This document shows positions 59,133 through 64,000 of a DNA stretch of 64,000 bases, in pieces; positions within the stretch are counted from its first letter, which is position 1; each line of letters begins with the position of its first letter. Below the pieces are notes generated by a model that made no database searches, was not told the origin of the DNA, and was given only the letters and a program-made list of their open reading frames with translations. Source of the DNA: the human T2T-CHM13v2.0 reference genome, Homo sapiens. Position numbers and translations under genes: made by a program. Where the stretch lies: assembly GCF_009914755.1 (NCBI RefSeq), contig NC_060926.1, one strand, 5' to 3'.

Positions 59133-60329
59133 TAGTCCCTAAGTGCTGCAGTGTTGAAGTAATAAATCAGTGGTGTGTGTTTAAGTAGATATTTTTGATA
59201 GGTGAAAAGAGCAGTTTTCAGAATTTTTTAGATTTGCCCTAATCATGCTTCTTCATTTTTTGTTGCTTGAGATTACATTGGCTGCTGTGCTTTTGTTGTT
59301 TCTTAATTCTAGACAGAAATTGCTCGTCAGTTTTAAGAGGTTTTTTTGCTATTAAAACGAGATCTTGTAATATTCTAATAAGTTTAAGGTATGGGTTTGT
59401 AGAGATGTGAAAATAGAGACTGCTCTTTGAATTTTGTCAGCCTCAGCCTTTGATAGGTGTTGTCTTAAGCTTCTGGATTTTATAATTTATCAGTTTAATA
59501 CATAGATGCTCAAATGTGTTTTTAATTGCTTTGAAAGATTACAAGCCTGGTGTGACAGAGCACTGATCCCACAATAAAATCTCATTCCCTGCCTCTCTAC
59601 AGTCTCTCACCCCTAGCATTTGCTTCCAGTCCTCCTGGTTCACTCTTTATAAAATTATATAATCTTGTTTTATGTTGTCATGTACTGTTATTTCTTATTG
59701 TTACCCTTACTTCCATAGTTAATATCCACCTTCACTGTATGCCTTCCTGCTGTGGAGGAAGTCAGTGAGCAGGAATTTTTTTAATAACTGTTCATCACTC
59801 TGCTAAGGGATATCAGCTTTACAGGGCAGCAGACAGCAGAGATTGTTTCTGAAATGCACATAATTCCCTTGGAATGGTAAAATTCTTAGCAGCATAAAAC
59901 ATAACAATGTAAGTGACAGAACAGGAGGCAGCTACTTTAAATGTGAATGAAATGAGCAGAGTCCTAAGGCAGGCAGATAGATGGGAAGGGAGGAGTGTGG
60001 AAGAAGATTGCACAGGTACAGCAGGGGCAGTTTCAGAAAGTAGCACCAGAAACCTCTTCATATAAGCCCTGAGGAATTAGCGTTATAGTGGACTTCCATA
60101 GTATCCTCGTGATTCAGCCTTGTGATTGTGGTGGGGCGGTCACAGGCCATGTGCCTTTTCCCAGTGTTTTACAGCGGGTTGATTGGCAGGACTGGGCTTG
60201 GGAACTCCTTACTCGTTCAGCAAGCATTCTCTTGTGCACCGTCGGGTCCGTAGTTTTATTCCTTCCCGGAGCCGCCTCTCACTGAATTCCATGAGATTGA
60301 GAATTCCTGGCAAGCAGTTCAGTAGACCC

Positions 60330-60500
60330 AGGAAAGGCTATATAGCGTACCATGCGGGAGTTTAAGCTCTGGGTCCTTGCTTCCGGAGTTCAAATTCTGA
60401 TTCTGTCACTTACTAGGGTGACTCCTCAGTGTCTTATTTTCCTCATTTGTGAAATGTGATTAGAAATAGTACTTTTTCAGGTTGTAAATGAGTTAATATA
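60330..60500. mobile_element. MIR fragment in COPS8 intron 4
   Basis: 'gagttcaaattctgattctgtcacttactag...ttttcctcatttgtgaaatg'. Confidence 0.65.
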
Positions 60501-61969
60501 TAAACATGTACCTTATTCTAAAGCACTACAGTATTCCTGAACATATCCTGAGACTTTTACAAATCTCCAGATTCATGAATGGTACTGTGGTTTCCTTTGT
60601 AAAATGCAGCCAGGTCAGGATAGTCTCTTAACAGATTGGTCTTACTGATGAATTTAACATTTTGCTTCTTAACTTATTAGAAACTTATTTTCTAGTTGAG
60701 AACAATCACTTTCTTAGATCTCTTTCCATTCTCTTCTAAATTAGGCACAGTCCTATTAGAAAACTGAAAATGACTTAAGAGAAGCTAGTGAAAACTATTT
60801 TTGCAGGAAACAAGGGCTGAGGAAGTACTTAGAAACTAGGTAGACAGTAGCCATTCTCATCTGAGGCTTGAAAGGGCAAGGCGAGGGGCCAGTGTTACTG
60901 GGGCTGCCCCACAGGATGGATACAGAAGGTCAGCTGGAGCAAGGCAGGGAAAGGGCATAGGAAGTGAATTCCCTGACCTTCCTTCCCAGCCTCTGACCTG
61001 ATAGAGCCCCAATTCGCCAAAGCAAGAGAGCTCAGGTGCAACAGGCATTGGCGGCCAACCTCCCTGGCACACAGCATGGCTGGGAAAGACAGAAGAGGAT
61101 TCGAAAGGATGGGAGTGACTAGTTCATCTTCCCTTCTGTCTCCAGCACTGGCAGTGATGGATGAGCAGCACTTGAGTATTTGTTGAACAACTGAGTTTGC
61201 ATTCTGTTAGCATTTGTTTTCACCAAAAATGTGTTCCATCAACTACTGCCACAGATATTAGGTGCTGGCTCAATTTATTCCACCTTCCAGCGTGTCATTC
61301 TAGGGCCTGAGGTTACAGATTTCACAACTTGAGGATCACAGAGTGACTAGTCGGAATGTAGATGTGATTCGTGCCAAGTGGATATTGCAGCTTCTGAGAC
61401 AGAGAACACTTAGCCTTTATTTTTGCTTTGTCAACTCACTTCTCCCATCACATGTTTTTCTTTCCTTTTCCAGTGATATCTTTTTACTTTTCTCTCCCTT
61501 TTATCTCCTCCATTCTTACTGTATTCCTGTTTTATTCCCCACTCTGAAAATATGGCCAGAATATTTGAACTGAAGTAAATGTTTTTGAAATACAGTTGAC
61601 TTACCAAATGAATATAGTTTTATGGTGTATACTTTTACTTCTCTAAAAAAAAAAAGTATACTTTCCATTGTTGGCTCTTTTCCATTGTTGGCTCAGTTCT
61701 TTTCCATTGAATGTATGCAGCCTTAATAGAAAACGTTTCTTGGTATTGCAAAGTCTGTTAGGTTACAGGCTGGTTGAAGGAAGGAAGGAACCTACAATAA
61801 TAAGTGTAAAGCCACAGAAGGAAGAGCAGACAGTGGCTGAGTGAAAGCTGGAGAGGATGTCGGGCTCAGATGAGGGGAAGGGATGGGAGTGTCGGCAGTT
61901 TTTAAGGAATCTGAGAAAACAAAGCCTAAGTGTTGGAGTCGTGCCCCATTTTGGTCCTCGTGATGCCAT

Positions 61970-62350
61970 CAACAAGCATGTATTTGGCATATATTTCACT
62001 GGAGATGCTAGGTGTTTGGGGGACTTTGAGGATAAGAGATACCCCTTCCTGTCGAGAAGTTTGGAATATAATTGAAAAGAAGGGGATAGGTGGAACAGTG
62101 TCTGCCGTAGTGGAAAGTTGCTTGTTAAAGTAGAAGTGTAAACAATACTGCTGAGTTTAGAGAAGGGCAGAGATCGTAATGAATTATAAACAGACTTAGG
62201 AATGGTAGAGAGCAGACAGGAGGGCATTTCAGGCCACGGGATAGCATAAACCAAAAGCCCCAGGGGGAGAAGGTGTAAGACTTGTCTGAGAGCCAGTGGA
62301 CTCGTTTGGCACAAAGGGTATCTGGGGGAATTGGTGTAGTTTGACAATGT
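61970..62350 (-). mobile_element. L2 fragment in COPS8 intron 4
   Basis: 'atcaacaagcatgtatttggcatatatt...gatgctagg' and 'gagggcatttcaggccacgggatagcat...aaagccc'. Confidence 0.55.
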
Positions 62351-63186
62351 CCCAGGAATGGAGAGAAGATTTTAAATATGTTAGGGTGTTTGTTTTACAT
62401 ATGTACACTGGCCTATTAAATATGGAAAGTAAAATCCAGAATATTTCCTAAGCATGTTGACCACCAGGTGGAGGAGCTCTTGCATTACCAATGAGCAATG
62501 CCCAGGGAGAAAGGCCAGCTGGTTTCACAGTGCTCAACTCTACCGTACTCCTGAGTTTATTTAATTGGGTATGGAAGCCTGGGGACAATCCTAAATGCCA
62601 CTTTCAGGAAAGTTTTCGTTGCTGGTATTGTTTGGCAGTCCCTTCTTAGAGTCATTCTTTCAAGGTGGGAATTTAGGATTTTGAACCTTAATTCAGTCAA
62701 GAGTTTGATGCAGACTTGGAAGAATGCTCCAGTTACAAGATTTGTTCTGTAACTCCCAGGTGTGGTCCTGTATTAGAGACGTTTTTGAAAAGGACAGCTG
62801 ATTACGCAAATCAGTTTTCTGCTCCTTTGATTCCAGCATTTGTAAATGAAATAAGATAAGTAAAATTTATATCCCCATTGCATAAACATACTGCATTTTC
62901 TTAGGGTTAGAGCCTTGTGTTTAGTAACCTTTTTCCATCTTTGTAATTTTCATTATCTGAGATTTTTCATCCAAGAGGAAGTGTAAGAAATGTATTTTTT
63001 TCCAGCAATATTTGAACCCCCCGTACATACTGGGCATATGTATTTGTATCTATAAGCACAGAAATCTTTGGGTTCATCTGGCCTTGCTTATGAAAACTAG
63101 ACAAGGACAGTGGTGTGATTTAACAATGTGCTTTGAAAATGCTGCTCCCTGGTTCACTCTCTGCCAACCCACCACTCCCACAATAG

Positions 63187-63294
63187 ATGCAACAAGGAGA
63201 CGCGCCTTTGCCCTGGTCTCTCAAGCGTATACTTCAATCATCGCCGATGATTTTGCAGCCTTTGTTGGACTTCCTGTAGAAGAGGCTGTGAAAG
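63187..63294 (+). CDS. COPS8: COPS8 exon 5 ([36 protein letters not shown] + G), PCI-domain region; the gene continues beyond the window
   Basis: caatag| acceptor; 108 nt; AAG|GTAATT donor; in frame with exon 4 (cumulative 439 nt). Confidence 0.97.
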
Positions 63295-63778
63295 GTAATT
63301 TTGGCTTACTTTTTACTTATAAGGAAAATGGAAAATAGAAGTGTGAATTGTAGGTTCACAGTCTCCTCTGAAACACTTGGAACAGAATATGCTTTTGGAG
63401 TCCAGGCTGTGTTTTTTGAGAGGTGATATGAAACAGGTGTTGTGGAACACCCAGCAGGCACCCTGCAGTCAAGCATATTAATAGTTCTATAGCAAGCAAA
63501 TGTGTGAGTATCCACACAGTTGGTTACAAAAATATGTCTTAATTGGTCTCTTTACTCATATTTGGAAATCCTTATTTCACCCTTATTTGATAAAGGCAGC
63601 ATCATCCCCACGTCCCTTTTCATTTTCCCTGCCATTTCTGACCCATACCCTAGGCGCTTGCTTGCTCCCCACTCATACCTGCTGGTCTCTCCAAATGTAA
63701 CTTTGCATTTTCATTTCTCAGCTGATGCCCAGACTAATCCTTCCTGTTGCTCGTTGTTATAGAATATTGTATACACCT

Positions 63779-64000
63779 GGCCAGGTGCAGTGGCTCACAC
63801 CTGTAATCCCAGCACTTTGGGAGGCCGAGGCGGGTGGATCATGATGAGGTCAGGAGTTCGAGACCAGCCTGGCCAACATGGTGAAAGCCCGTCTCTACTA
63901 AAAATACAAAAAATTAGCCAGGTGTGGTGGCAGGTACCTGTAATCCCAACTACTCAGGAGGCTGAGGCAGGAGAATCGCATGAATCCAGGAGGTGGAGGT
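63779..64000 (+). mobile_element. AluS in COPS8 intron 5 (cut by the window end)
   Basis: GGCCAGGTGCAGTGGCTCAC start with the left arm and linker present. Confidence 0.93.

Noticed and set aside
61763-62347. 194-aa antisense ORF in COPS8 intron 4 (longest in the track)
   Set aside because: Leu/Ser/Pro-rich translation largely overlapping a degenerate L2 fragment; no domain features.

Overview
Primate, very likely human, genomic DNA, not prokaryotic. The only supportable protein-coding gene is COPS8 (COP9 signalosome subunit 8) on the + strand: a CpG-island promoter at about 54.4-55.4 kb and coding exons 1-5 (55056-63294) that splice in frame to [26 protein letters not shown]...VEEAVK. The gene continues past the window end. 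The upstream ~54 kb is non-coding and dense in interspersed repeats: Alu, L1M, L2, MIR, MaLR LTRs (THE1/MST/MLT1), MER4- and MER39-like LTRs, MLT2 and hAT DNA transposons, many nested and with readable target-site duplications. It also holds three minisatellites and a strong CTCF site. Nearly all ORFs in the supplied track are repeat-derived or random. I found no convincing novel biological system. The best leads are a candidate stop-containing cassette exon and dual start codons in COPS8, minus-strand exons that would fit a divergent lncRNA, independent Alu insertions at the same THE1 position, and a palindromic triple-HRE cluster. Repeat subfamily names are from memory of consensus sequences and need RepeatMasker/Dfam confirmation.
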